20,027 nucleotides of DNA from Paramicrosporidium saccamoebae KSL3 (taxonomy: Eukaryota; Fungi; Cryptomycota): NCBI GenBank assembly GCA_002794465.1, contig MTSL01000084.1, positions 1-20,027 on the forward strand, in the 5' to 3' direction. The notes below the pieces were generated by a model. That model had not been told where the DNA came from. It ran no database searches and saw only the letters and a list, made by a program, of their open reading frames with translations. Positions 9,901 to 18,420 of the stretch are shown in pieces. Both the position numbers and the translations under genes were made by a program. Position 1 is the stretch's first letter; every line of letters starts with the position of its first letter.

Positions 9901-10970
9901 CCACGCCTGGTGCCATCTGCGATGCCCTTTTTGCCACCAAATCCATAGTGCTGAAATTGGCGTGTCGCCGTCTCATCATGGGTCATCTCGACGACTGCCT
10001 GGAGCAGGCCAAAGTTAAACTTGCCAAGATGAAGAGGGACAGTATGGCCCAGGAGGAAGAGTACGAGTCCCTGCGAGATTCTCTCCTTATCCCGTGGGAT
10101 TCGATGGGAAGAGTACTCTTTGCATCGTCATGGTCCATTGATGACTTTTTGGCTTTGGATCTATTCCTGTGTCTTTCGGAAGGGTCCAAAGAGGAGCAGG
10201 TTTTGTCGGGCCCTTATTGTACACTGTTCAAGGAAAAATTATTGTCCAAATACCTCACATTGCTCTCGGTAGAGCTCGGGTGGGACACTACAACCCCCGA
10301 TGATCTGAGCAAGGAAGAATTTACAATTCTGGATTTTGATTCGACAATTCAACGCTTCATCTATGCGGCCAATCTGCTTTTCAGATGCTTTAAAACATTT
10401 CCTTCTGCCGTGCGTTCGTGGTACAGTGGCCTGTCAAAAGAAGAGTCGGTCCGGATTATCAAATACTGCACAATGTTCATGTCGCCCTTGTTAATCGAGA
10501 GGGAGCTAGCTCGCATCCGAAAGAGCTCCAACGACCAGCTGACGATGCGAGTGGAGCAAACCAGCACCAGCTGTACTGTCAATGTTCAGTACATGTTGGA
10601 AGAATTTTCATTCTCCCTACAGCTGTCGGTACCGACCGAATATCCCCTAAAACCAGTCACCTTGGCGGGGGGAGAGCGCCTCGGCATTAGCGAAGCCAAG
10701 TGGCGATCCTGGCTTCTCAGTGTGCAGACCCTCTTGAACCAGAATCTGGCCATTGTTGAAGTACTACAGCAATGGAAGACCAATGCGGAAAAGACATTGG
10801 CTGGGGTGGAGCCTTGTGCAATCTGCTACTGCGTCCTTCAACCGGGGGACAAATCGCTGCCAGGACCGTCATGCAAGACTTGCCGCAACAAGTTTCACTC
10901 TGCCTGTCTGTACCGGTGGTTCAAAACTGGTGGCCAGGCAACCTGTCCAATGTGTAGAGCCCTTTACTAA
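6971..10970 (+). CDS. LTN1: E3 ubiquitin ligase listerin (ribosome quality control); join(6971..7186,7221..10970), ~1321 aa
   Basis: N-terminal LIFKMLLKKDLATRTRGLVEL...DPERQVRELAH (Ltn1 N-domain), helical HEAT-like middle, RWD-like region (YMLEEFSFSLQLSVPTEYPL) and C-terminal RING CAICYC...SLPGPSCKTCRNKFHSACLYRWFKTGGQATCPMCR. Confidence 0.95.
7187..7220 (+). other. 34-nt intron (LTN1, phase 0)
   Basis: GTACCCTTTCCATCACGCTGTCTAATTATTTTAG with a CTAAT branch. It joins ORF 6971 to the frame of the 1223-aa ORF. Confidence 0.9.
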
Positions 10971-11203
10971 TGTGAGCGATGTGAGATGGGATATATGGAC
11001 TAGAGATCTATCAAAAAGTATCCACTTATGACGGGTAATCCTGATACCTATCCCACAATCTGCTGTTTTGAGGATGGCAGCCTATATATGCCACAATGAA
11101 ATAATTCGCTCATCAGCACACTTCTTAATAAAACGATCATTATTTTGGTGATAGTCTTTTTATTTCTCGCCTCTAATTCTTTTTCCATGTCAAATCCACT
11201 ACT

Positions 11204-11249
11204 TACCGTACCGTACCGTACCACCACCACTACCACTACCACTACCACT
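11204..11249 (+). repeat. Compound microsatellite (TACCG)3 followed by ACC/(CTACCA)n
   Basis: taccgtaccgtaccgtaccaccaccactaccactaccactaccact, seen directly in the LTN1-MRT4 spacer. Confidence 0.85.
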
Positions 11250-11308
11250 CAGTTAGTTGCCCAGCTAATACTTTACTATGATCCCGGTGACCAGGGCTAT
11301 TGGTGGAA

Positions 11309-12062
11309 ATGGCAAAGTCTAGGAGAGCCAAAGTTGGTAAGAATCTCCACGTTTGGCGCTATATTTATAGTTAATCTTACAAAGACAGAGAAAAAGGGAC
11401 GAGAGGTAAAGGGAAAGCTTGTGGAGCAGATCCGCGAAACTGCTACCCAGTACCCCCACATGTACCTCTTCCGCGTCCGCAACATGCGCAACGTGCTCTT
11501 CAAGAACATTCGCACTGAATCCACCGGTCGTTTCTGTATTGGAAAGAATAAGGTAATGGCGTTTGCGCTTGGAACCGAAGAGGCGTCAGAGTGCATCCCC
11601 GGTGCAGCACAACTTGCCCGTCGTCTCCGTGGCGACGTTGGACTCTATTTCTCGCATGATACACCCGAAACTGCTACAGAGATGCTCGAAAAGCACGAGT
11701 CGGCAGATTTTGCCCGTACTGGAAACAAGGCTGACATGACGGTGATTGTGGAGGCGGATCCACAGGGACTCCGGAACGTTGAGACCATGCAGCCCCTCTC
11801 TGCCACCATCGAGCCGCAGCTTCGACAGGCCGGCATGCCCACCAAACTACGCGGTGGAAGCGTTCTGCTGGCTGCTGATCAGTACGTCATCTGCCGCGAA
11901 GGAGAGACGCTGACTTCCGACCAGACCCGTCTGCTAAAATGCTTTGGCATCAAAATGGCCTCATTCCGTGTTGCCATTGTGGGACATCTTTTCGATGGTA
12001 AATTTGAAGAATTCCAAGATCCATTCCAAGAAGACGACAATGTTGCCGAAATGTCCGAGTAG
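11309..12062 (+). CDS. MRT4: mRNA turnover protein 4 / 60S assembly factor Mrt4; join(11309..11336,11371..12062), 239 aa
   Basis: The spliced N-terminus MAKSRRAKV|VNLTKTEKKGRE is Mrt4-specific. An L10/P0-like body follows (RVRNMRN, IGKNKVMAFALG, GDVGLYF, DFARTG, EPQLRQAGMPTKL, GETLTSDQTRLLK). There is no P0 C-terminal FGLFD tail. Confidence 0.93.
11337..11370 (+). other. 34-nt intron (MRT4, phase 1)
   Basis: GTAAGAATCTCCACGTTTGGCGCTATATTTATAG has a GTAAGA donor and TAG acceptor, and restores the conserved N-terminus. Confidence 0.9.
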
Positions 12063-12268
12063 AAAGTGAGTGCGAGGATCTGAGAGGATTTAAAGTTGAG
12101 AATTAGTAGCAGGGCATAAAGTGATTTATATATAAACATTGCCCATATAGTCGTGCCATGTTATGTGATATATGATGAGGTGTGACACATTCATTATACG
12201 TGATTCAGCAATGGCCCTCTCAATAGTATTCTTGTATCAACTTTAAAATTGAATAACACACCAACTCG

Positions 12269-12330
12269 ACACCCGACCCAACCCAACACCCGACCCAACC
12301 CAACACCCAGCACCCAACCCAACCCAACAC
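12269..12330 (-). repeat. (TTGGG)-type repeat with a duplicated 17-bp unit; ten G3 tracts on the minus strand (G-quadruplex motif)
   Basis: acacccgacccaaccca x2 (12269..12302), then acacccagcacccaacccaacccaacac. Confidence 0.85.
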
Positions 12331-12343
12331 ATCTCATGGCTGT

Positions 12344-13753
12344 TTATTTGGAACGCTTATAGGTGGGCTCCTCTGCGAGCTTGCCATACTGCAGCCTCAA
12401 AGAGTTGAACGGACTCTTTTTAGTGTTTCCTTCATTGTAATGCGGATTCACCCGCTTCCAAATCATCCACGTCAGCTTCAACAGTCGATTCTCATCCATA
12501 GGCGTCTCGGGTAGTTTGCTGAGGAATTGCATGCAATTCTCATATTCGAGCGACATTAGGCGTGCCTCGTGGAGCTTCAAGAGGGCAAGCGAGGCGCAAA
12601 CCAACATGTCCATCCCCCAGAACAGAAACAGATCCCATATCCGGGTGGCCAGCGAGAATGGAAAGCCGAGGAAGAGCGTCAGATACCATTTTGTAGCATA
12701 AATGGAAGTTGTAATGTGGAACGACTCGAGTCGGGCCTGGAGTGCCGGCAGATATTTTCGCATCAATTGCTCCTGTACATAGAACGTCTCAAAAAGTAAC
12801 GGAAATCCAGCCGTAAACAGCGACCGCAGCCCATCACGTTCCATCATACTGCGGAGTACACTAAAGGCCATCTCTTCTTCAAAATACAGCAGTAGGAACG
12901 CCGCAATAGTGGACATTCCCTGACAATAGCCCACTTCGGGGTCGTGATTGGAAAAGGCAACCAGGATCTTAAAGAGGCTCACCTGGGCAGAACTGAACCG
13001 GGCCTTGAACAGAATGTGGTCTCGAAGGGTCCGCTCAATATCCAGATCTATCTGTCGCTCAAATCCTGAAATTTTCAAATAGAGTTCGCGATACACCGAG
13101 GATGGCGATGATACGGGTGGCACTCCCAGAAAGAGAGCCCACACTTTGGTCCGCAGACATTCCGGCACCCCCTTTACCAGCCGATACTCGAATTTTTTAT
13201 GGCTCTTGGGCCATTCTGACCGCTCTTTAACAAACTCGAGCACTTTGAGCATTTCCACCCATTTAATAGCCCGTCTTGCCTCTTTCCTACCACGCCGTTC
13301 CTGTTTCTGTTGAAGCTCACGTTCCTCGACAGACAAACCTGCATCAGCATTGTCTCCCTTTGGAGCCACGACGATGAATCCATACCGGTCCAACACTGAA
13401 TAGTCTACATTATCCTCTGAAACGGAAGGACTCTGGCTAAAGTTGCTGGAAGCATCTGAACAATCGGACAGGTTGCTCAAATTGTCCACCGAGCATACAC
13501 TAGAGTCGCCCCAATTGGTGCCCAGATACATATTGTGGGCACTTGTATTTTCCAATTCCAACAGTCGCGCCATGTCAGCATTCTTTAAAAATACGCGTTC
13601 CGCCTCTTCATCTCCATTCGTACCGTCCGCGCCGTCCACACCATTCGTGCCATTCGCGCCACTAGCGCCACTGGCTCCACTCACCTTGCTCATCCTGCCA
13701 TCTTCACTGTCCACATCGCAACTAACCTTGGCGCTATCCAAAAGATTCTCCAT
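12344..13753 (-). CDS. TBC (Rab-GAP) domain protein, USP6NL/TBC1D10/Gyp-like, 469 aa
   Basis: DRYGF, KGVPECLRTKVW, Arg finger RQIDLDIERT, Gln finger GYCQGMS, YATKWYLTLF and RIWDLF; both catalytic fingers are intact. Confidence 0.92.
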   Translation of the reverse strand: MENLLDSAKVSCDVDSEDGRMSKVSGASGASGANGTNGVDGADGTNGDEEAERVFLKNADMARLLELENTSAHNMYLGTNWGDSSVCSVDNLSNLSDCSDASSNFSQSPSVSEDNVDYSVLDRYGFIVVAPKGDNADAGLSVEERELQQKQERRGRKEARRAIKWVEMLKVLEFVKERSEWPKSHKKFEYRLVKGVPECLRTKVWALFLGVPPVSSPSSVYRELYLKISGFERQIDLDIERTLRDHILFKARFSSAQVSLFKILVAFSNHDPEVGYCQGMSTIAAFLLLYFEEEMAFSVLRSMMERDGLRSLFTAGFPLLFETFYVQEQLMRKYLPALQARLESFHITTSIYATKWYLTLFLGFPFSLATRIWDLFLFWGMDMLVCASLALLKLHEARLMSLEYENCMQFLSKLPETPMDENRLLKLTWMIWKRVNPHYNEGNTKKSPFNSLRLQYGKLAEEPTYKRSK

Positions 13754-13876
13754 ATTAAATCCACTAGTCCCACTGACTCTATTTAGTCGGCAGCGGACAG
13801 AATATACAATGTACAGAGATGTTGCCTAGACGACCTTGGAGACGCACTCTGGCTGGCCACTGGTCAAACTTTTCGG

Positions 13877-13914
13877 CCAATCAGCACTTCGAGATGACCC
13901 CGGTCGCTATAAAG
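13877..13914 (+). promoter_or_regulatory. CCAAT box (CCAATCAG, 13877) and TATA box (TATAAAG, 13908) in the TBC/BRF1 divergent promoter
   Basis: The motifs lie 70 and 39 nt upstream of the BRF1 ATG within a 193-bp head-to-head spacer. Confidence 0.55.
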
Positions 13915-13946
13915 TGTTGTGAGTCATATAGCAACACATCTTCAAG

Positions 13947-15440
13947 ATGGCCGTCTGTCCACATTGCCGTAGCAGCGAAATAGAATATGACAGCGCGGCG
14001 GGCAACTCTGTGTGCATCCGTTGTGGTGCAGTTGTGGAGGAGAATACTGTGGTGGCTGAAGTGTCGTTTGGCGAGCTGACAAACGGAGCCTCCGTTCTGG
14101 AGGGACAGTTTATTTCGGCAGAGCGCGGAAGAGGCATGTTGCCAACTATTTTTGGACGACGCGTGGGAGACCTCGGGAAGGGTGAGGGAGTGAGCGCTGA
14201 GAGCCGAGACATGACGCTTGCTAACGGACGTCGTCGTATTCAGGCGCTGGCGGGAGCTGTTGGTCTCAACGGAGAACATTATATTGACGCTGCCCACCGG
14301 TGGTATGCGTTGGCCCTTCAGCATCAGTTTACGCGCGGTCGACGTGGTCCCAACGTCATTGCCGCTTGTCTGTACATTGTCTGTCGTCAGGAACGCACTC
14401 CTCACATGCTTCTGGATTTTGCAGATGTGCTGTCCACATCAGTCTATTCCCTTGGAGGCACTTTTCTCCGGTTAGTGCGACTGCTTAATTTGGAAATGCC
14501 TATTGTGGATCCCAGCTTTTTTGTGGCCCGTTTCTCTGCGCGCCTAGAGTTTGGTGAGAGGACTAGTCAAGTCAGCAACACAGCACTCAGACTTGTGGCG
14601 CGCATGAAACGTGACTGGATCCAGACTGGACGACGTCCTGCCGGTGTTTGTGCCGCCGGTTTGATTATTGCCGCCCGTATGCACGGCTTCCGTCGCACTG
14701 AAGCAGAAGTTGTTCGTGTTGTCCGCATTTGCGAGGCCACGCTAAAGAAGCGCTTGGAAGAGTTTGGTCGCACCGCTTCCAGCCAGCTCACACCACAGGA
14801 ATTTGAGGGAATTTGGCTCGAACAGGAAGCCGATCCTCCGTCCTTTTGCCACACCCGTCCAAAACCAGGTGAGCCTGACACTGTGCACATTCTGCCCGCC
14901 GTCTATCAGCAAGCCATGGGATTGCGAACCCAGACAGCCGAAGAACTTCCTCTAACCCCCACAAGTCAAGAGTCCCCCGTTGTTGAACATGATTCGCTCT
15001 CTGATGTGGAATTTGATGACGAAATGGAGTCTATGTTGTTGGATGAAATTGAAATTGGTCTAAAGACGAGGTATTGGACCGAAATGAATAAGGACTATCT
15101 CGACAAAGAAGCCGAAAAGGCCCGTATCAAGGCCATAGAACTGGCAGAGTTCCAAAAATCCAATGCGCAAGTACCACCACTTCAACAGACGGGCGAAAAG
15201 GACGGCTACGAGGCCAACGTCGTGGAACCCTCCGAGACTACGGGACCCTTCAAGGCAACTCGCAAAAGGACGAGATCCGCACGCACCACCACACCCAAGG
15301 AGTCCTCCCCCGCCGTTACTGCAGCGGAAGCAACCAAACAAGTATTGCAAAACAAGAGGTTATCCAAAAAGATTAATTACGAAGCATTGGATGAGCTATT
15401 CACTACAACAGCAGCATCTGCCATTACAAGTATTAAATAA
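13947..15440 (+). CDS. BRF1: Transcription factor TFIIIB subunit Brf1, 497 aa
   Basis: Zn ribbon CPHC...CIRCG, two cyclin-fold repeats (ACLYIVCRQE, HMLLDFAD, IVDPSFFVARF, RMKRDWIQTGRRPAGVCAAGL), Brf1 homology II (LLDEIE...KTRYWTEMNKDYL) and III (LSKKINYEAL). Confidence 0.96.
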   Translation: MAVCPHCRSSEIEYDSAAGNSVCIRCGAVVEENTVVAEVSFGELTNGASVLEGQFISAERGRGMLPTIFGRRVGDLGKGEGVSAESRDMTLANGRRRIQALAGAVGLNGEHYIDAAHRWYALALQHQFTRGRRGPNVIAACLYIVCRQERTPHMLLDFADVLSTSVYSLGGTFLRLVRLLNLEMPIVDPSFFVARFSARLEFGERTSQVSNTALRLVARMKRDWIQTGRRPAGVCAAGLIIAARMHGFRRTEAEVVRVVRICEATLKKRLEEFGRTASSQLTPQEFEGIWLEQEADPPSFCHTRPKPGEPDTVHILPAVYQQAMGLRTQTAEELPLTPTSQESPVVEHDSLSDVEFDDEMESMLLDEIEIGLKTRYWTEMNKDYLDKEAEKARIKAIELAEFQKSNAQVPPLQQTGEKDGYEANVVEPSETTGPFKATRKRTRSARTTTPKESSPAVTAAEATKQVLQNKRLSKKINYEALDELFTTTAASAITSIK

Positions 15441-15729
15441 ACCTGTTGAGTGTTGTGTTGGGTAGTTTTGGATAGTGTTGGGCGTTGAGTTTTGAGTTTT
15501 GAGTGCTATATGTTAAAGTGTGAAAGAATGTAGTGCGAGAGTCATTATGACATTAAATAGAATGGAATCAGGTAGTATAGCATCAGATACCACGACAACA
15601 TATATCATAACATTATATATAGCATAGCATGCCTACGGATCAGAGATAAAGAATATTTACTACAGTCACAGTCACAGACGCGGACATGGACACGGGTATA
15701 CAACAAAAAACATACACTCACACTCATAA

Positions 15730-17340
15730 CTAATCCCATGGATTCTCGGCTTCTTCAATTGGAGTTGACGATCCTAGAACAGCTGGTTCATAGCGTTTTC
15801 GGTATACAACATCCTCTTCGTTTTGATCAGTGGAATAGTGCGTGCTCACACTTGCGCCAAAGGCAGTAAATTCTTCAGTCCGGGTAGGCTGTATCTCGGC
15901 AGACACTACAGAGGAGGGTCGGGAAATCTCTACTGGGGCGCCTCCCAGCTGGTCCTTTAGGGCAATACACCAATCAACCATATCCTCTTCTACAAAGCTG
16001 CATAGTACATGGCGACGCTCACTGCGACTGAAAAACGACGTGCCACCAGGTACGGTAATGGCAAAGGCATGACTTCCGGCCTTGGGATCGGGGACGATAG
16101 AGGTTTCAGGATGTAAGAGAGGAATTGACAAAATTGGTTGAATTAGCGCCTGGGTGGCGTCAAAGTTCGGATCATCAAAAGTCAACCAAATTCTTGAAGC
16201 CGACTGATTCAGCTCGGCAAGGGCCTTACTATGAAGTCGCATTGTTGAGGTGGGAAATCGATACTGCTTTCTTTGCTCATCGTTCAGGGTGCCGGCAAAT
16301 TCAGGAGAATAGCAGTGGAGGAATCCAGAATCTGTGAGGATGCAGTACATGACGTTCCAGCTCCTTCCAAAGGTGCTCGGCCTCATCAGAAAGCCACTTT
16401 TCATCACACCTACTGCGCACACCGTGGGCTCCATCTCCGAGGTGCTCAAACTGCAGCCTATTTGGGTGAGTGCCGAGGCAAAGAATCCATCAACAGGTGG
16501 AGCTTCCACCTGCCATTCCCAGTCTAGACGACATCTCCTCAGTGCATTATTCCATTCTACTAACGCATCAGATGTCCTTGTCACGGTTGCGCAATCTGAT
16601 ATCTGTTCTGCAGCTGCCGCCAGTTGTTGTCCCTTTACCCGCATGGCTTCACCCAGGATTCCTTTCAATGTCGTCGCCAAGTCATGCTCGAGTTGTCTCG
16701 TTTTGGTAAAAATTTCGATTAGAATGGCGCAGTATCGCCTCTTTTCCTCTAAATACAAGCCAATTCGATGTCGTAACTGCTGTTCCGTAATGAAAATGTC
16801 CGTGACGCTCAGTGCTTCAGCGAGGGCCTCGTCTTCTCCACTTTTTGAGGCAATCTTTGTCCTCACCTTCCATCCCTTCTCATGCGTCAACATGACAGTG
16901 TTCAGAGCCTCGTGCTGCCTGCCCAATCGCCCTTGTATCTCTGCCATTCGCACCTTAATCTCCTTCCCCCTCGTCCTGAGCTCATCTCGGAGCTTTTCCA
17001 GCTGCAACAATACCGTTTCCTTTAAGAAGCGTCCGAATGTCTCTCCGTCGGTACTGCACCGAAGGGCATATGTTTGCAATGGACCAAGCCAGGCATGGCT
17101 ATTCCTGCCAGCACTTGGTGAAGCCAGCGGGGAGCCAGCCGCCAAAGTAAGCTCTTGAGGCAGTGCAGTCCCCAAGTTGTTGGCAACTTTGTTATAGGCC
17201 ATGTGGATCTGTCTCTCCACCTCCACAAGCTCATTAAAGGACGAGTAGTGGACATGAAGTACGGTCCGCCATGACTCTAGTCTCTCGCCAATCAGCTCGA
17301 GAATGCTAGACTCGACGGGAGAGTTGAGGGCCATTGCCAT
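15730..17340 (-). CDS. Coiled-coil (BAR-like) plus split PH-domain protein, Slm1/Slm2-like, 536 aa
   Basis: An N-terminal ~280-aa helical/coiled-coil region is followed by PH strands KSGFLMRPSTFGRSWNVMYCILTDSGFLHCY and, after an insert, AFAITVP...RHVLCSFVEEDMVDWCIALK. The orthology is inferred from architecture only. Confidence 0.65.
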   Translation of the reverse strand: MAMALNSPVESSILELIGERLESWRTVLHVHYSSFNELVEVERQIHMAYNKVANNLGTALPQELTLAAGSPLASPSAGRNSHAWLGPLQTYALRCSTDGETFGRFLKETVLLQLEKLRDELRTRGKEIKVRMAEIQGRLGRQHEALNTVMLTHEKGWKVRTKIASKSGEDEALAEALSVTDIFITEQQLRHRIGLYLEEKRRYCAILIEIFTKTRQLEHDLATTLKGILGEAMRVKGQQLAAAAEQISDCATVTRTSDALVEWNNALRRCRLDWEWQVEAPPVDGFFASALTQIGCSLSTSEMEPTVCAVGVMKSGFLMRPSTFGRSWNVMYCILTDSGFLHCYSPEFAGTLNDEQRKQYRFPTSTMRLHSKALAELNQSASRIWLTFDDPNFDATQALIQPILSIPLLHPETSIVPDPKAGSHAFAITVPGGTSFFSRSERRHVLCSFVEEDMVDWCIALKDQLGGAPVEISRPSSVVSAEIQPTRTEEFTAFGASVSTHYSTDQNEEDVVYRKRYEPAVLGSSTPIEEAENPWD

Positions 17341-17414
17341 GAACTGACGTCGGTACTCCAGCGTGGATAATATTTAAAAAGTGTAAAATGCTTTTGTGAG
17401 CTTTAAATAAGAAC

Positions 17415-17424
17415 CCTTTATTGG
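17415..17424. promoter_or_regulatory. Perfect CArG box CCTTTATTGG (also contains CCAAT and AATAAA on the minus strand)
   Basis: Matches CC(A/T)6GG, 75 nt upstream of the ATG at 17340. Confidence 0.35.
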
Positions 17425-17451
17425 GATCCCCAGTCCGTACTGTGACATGGA

Positions 17452-17583
17452 GGATTGTTCAGCTGGGTAGTTGTGCGATAAAAGAGTGTATTGTTCAGCT
17501 GGATAGTTGTGCGATAGAAGAGTGGATTGCTTAGCCAGGTATTTGGGCGATAAAGGAGTGGATTGCTTAGTTGGGTATTTGGG
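17452..17583. repeat. 36-bp minisatellite, ~3.7 copies
   Basis: Units start at 17452, 17488, 17524 and 17560 (partial). Consensus ggattg(t/c)t(c/t)agctgggta(g/t)ttg(t/g)gcgataaaagagt. Confidence 0.92.
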
Positions 17584-17683
17584 AATCATTACGTTTCCTT
17601 CACGTCTGAACTAGGCCTTTGGATCAACATTGGATAAATTCTCTTCTTGCCTCATCTTCCTGACAAAGTGCGTGGTGACCAGA

Positions 17684-17753
17684 CTGATTGGAAATTTATC
17701 TCCAGTCATTGGTGTGTGGCGATCTGTTATGATTGGTTCGTTTCCTATTAAGG
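17684..17753. promoter_or_regulatory. Three ATTGG (CCAAT) boxes at 17687, 17708 and 17732, plus perfect CArG CCTATTAAGG at 17744..17753
   Basis: Seen directly 22-90 nt upstream of the ATG at 17776. Confidence 0.5.
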
Positions 17754-17775
17754 CAGTTCTGCATGGGCAGTCGCC

Positions 17776-18420
17776 ATGATGTTCACACTTGTACTCCTGC
17801 TTGTCTGCGCTGTCCTCGTTTTGGCGAGCAAGACTCAAGAATCTGTATTCAGCATAATTTCGATCGACTATAACACTGTATCTCATGATCCTACACGCGC
17901 TGCAAAGGACTTGGGGGTCATGCGCGTCGACGTTGTGGGCTTTTTGAACTTTAAAGATGGTAGCGCTCTCCAGAATGCACTACAGTCTCACGGCTTCAAG
18001 ACATACCATATTCCAGAGAATCAGTTTCTACTTGCCAGTGTCGCTCCGTTGGAGAAGAACGCGACTCTGGGCTACACATACACAACGGCAGAGGACGCTA
18101 TAATTGTGCTCTACGGGATGACGGGTACTGCTGCTGAGCTAAAACTCAACGAACAGGCCGTCGCCAACGCGGTACTTGGTAGCGGTAGACGCTATGTATT
18201 TTTCGAGCCCTCCAAAATTAGATACCGCAAAGGGTCGATGGGTTACGCACAAAAGATGTCCCAAGAGGTGGCTGGGAGCAAGTGCAACGGGATGCGATTT
18301 GATCTTAATGGAACAAAGCCGCCTCGAGGAATAGCCAAATTTCTTAGGGACTACTTTTGGTTCCTACTAGCTGGTGTACTGGTTGCCCTTGGAATAGTTG
18401 TTTTCATAATAGTCCATTAG
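17776..18420 (+). CDS. Hypothetical single-pass membrane protein (signal peptide, lumenal domain, C-terminal TM), 214 aa
   Basis: Hydrophobic N-terminus MMFTLVLLLVCAVLVLA, C-terminal FWFLLAGVLVALGIVVFIIVH, gccATG start context, promoter motifs upstream and two N-X-T sequons. Confidence 0.78.
   Translation: MMFTLVLLLVCAVLVLASKTQESVFSIISIDYNTVSHDPTRAAKDLGVMRVDVVGFLNFKDGSALQNALQSHGFKTYHIPENQFLLASVAPLEKNATLGYTYTTAEDAIIVLYGMTGTAAELKLNEQAVANAVLGSGRRYVFFEPSKIRYRKGSMGYAQKMSQEVAGSKCNGMRFDLNGTKPPRGIAKFLRDYFWFLLAGVLVALGIVVFIIVH

Noticed and set aside
11145-11308. Poly-Thr N-terminal extension of the MRT4 ORF
   Set aside because: It is produced by a microsatellite and an unspliced intron frame. The conserved Mrt4 N-terminus is encoded in another frame from ATG 11309.
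12269-12330. True telomere or chromosome end
   Set aside because: It is only about 60 bp, degenerate, and flanked by genes on both sides.
6416-15440. Apparent cluster of translation-related genes (CGI121, LTN1, MRT4, BRF1)
   Set aside because: These are universal housekeeping genes in unrelated complexes. In a reduced genome such genes are a large fraction, so there is no evidence of a functional cluster without synteny data.
6272-17583. 24/29-bp and 36-bp repeats as possible CRISPR arrays
   Set aside because: The units are directly adjacent with no unique spacers, there are no cas genes, and the context is eukaryotic.
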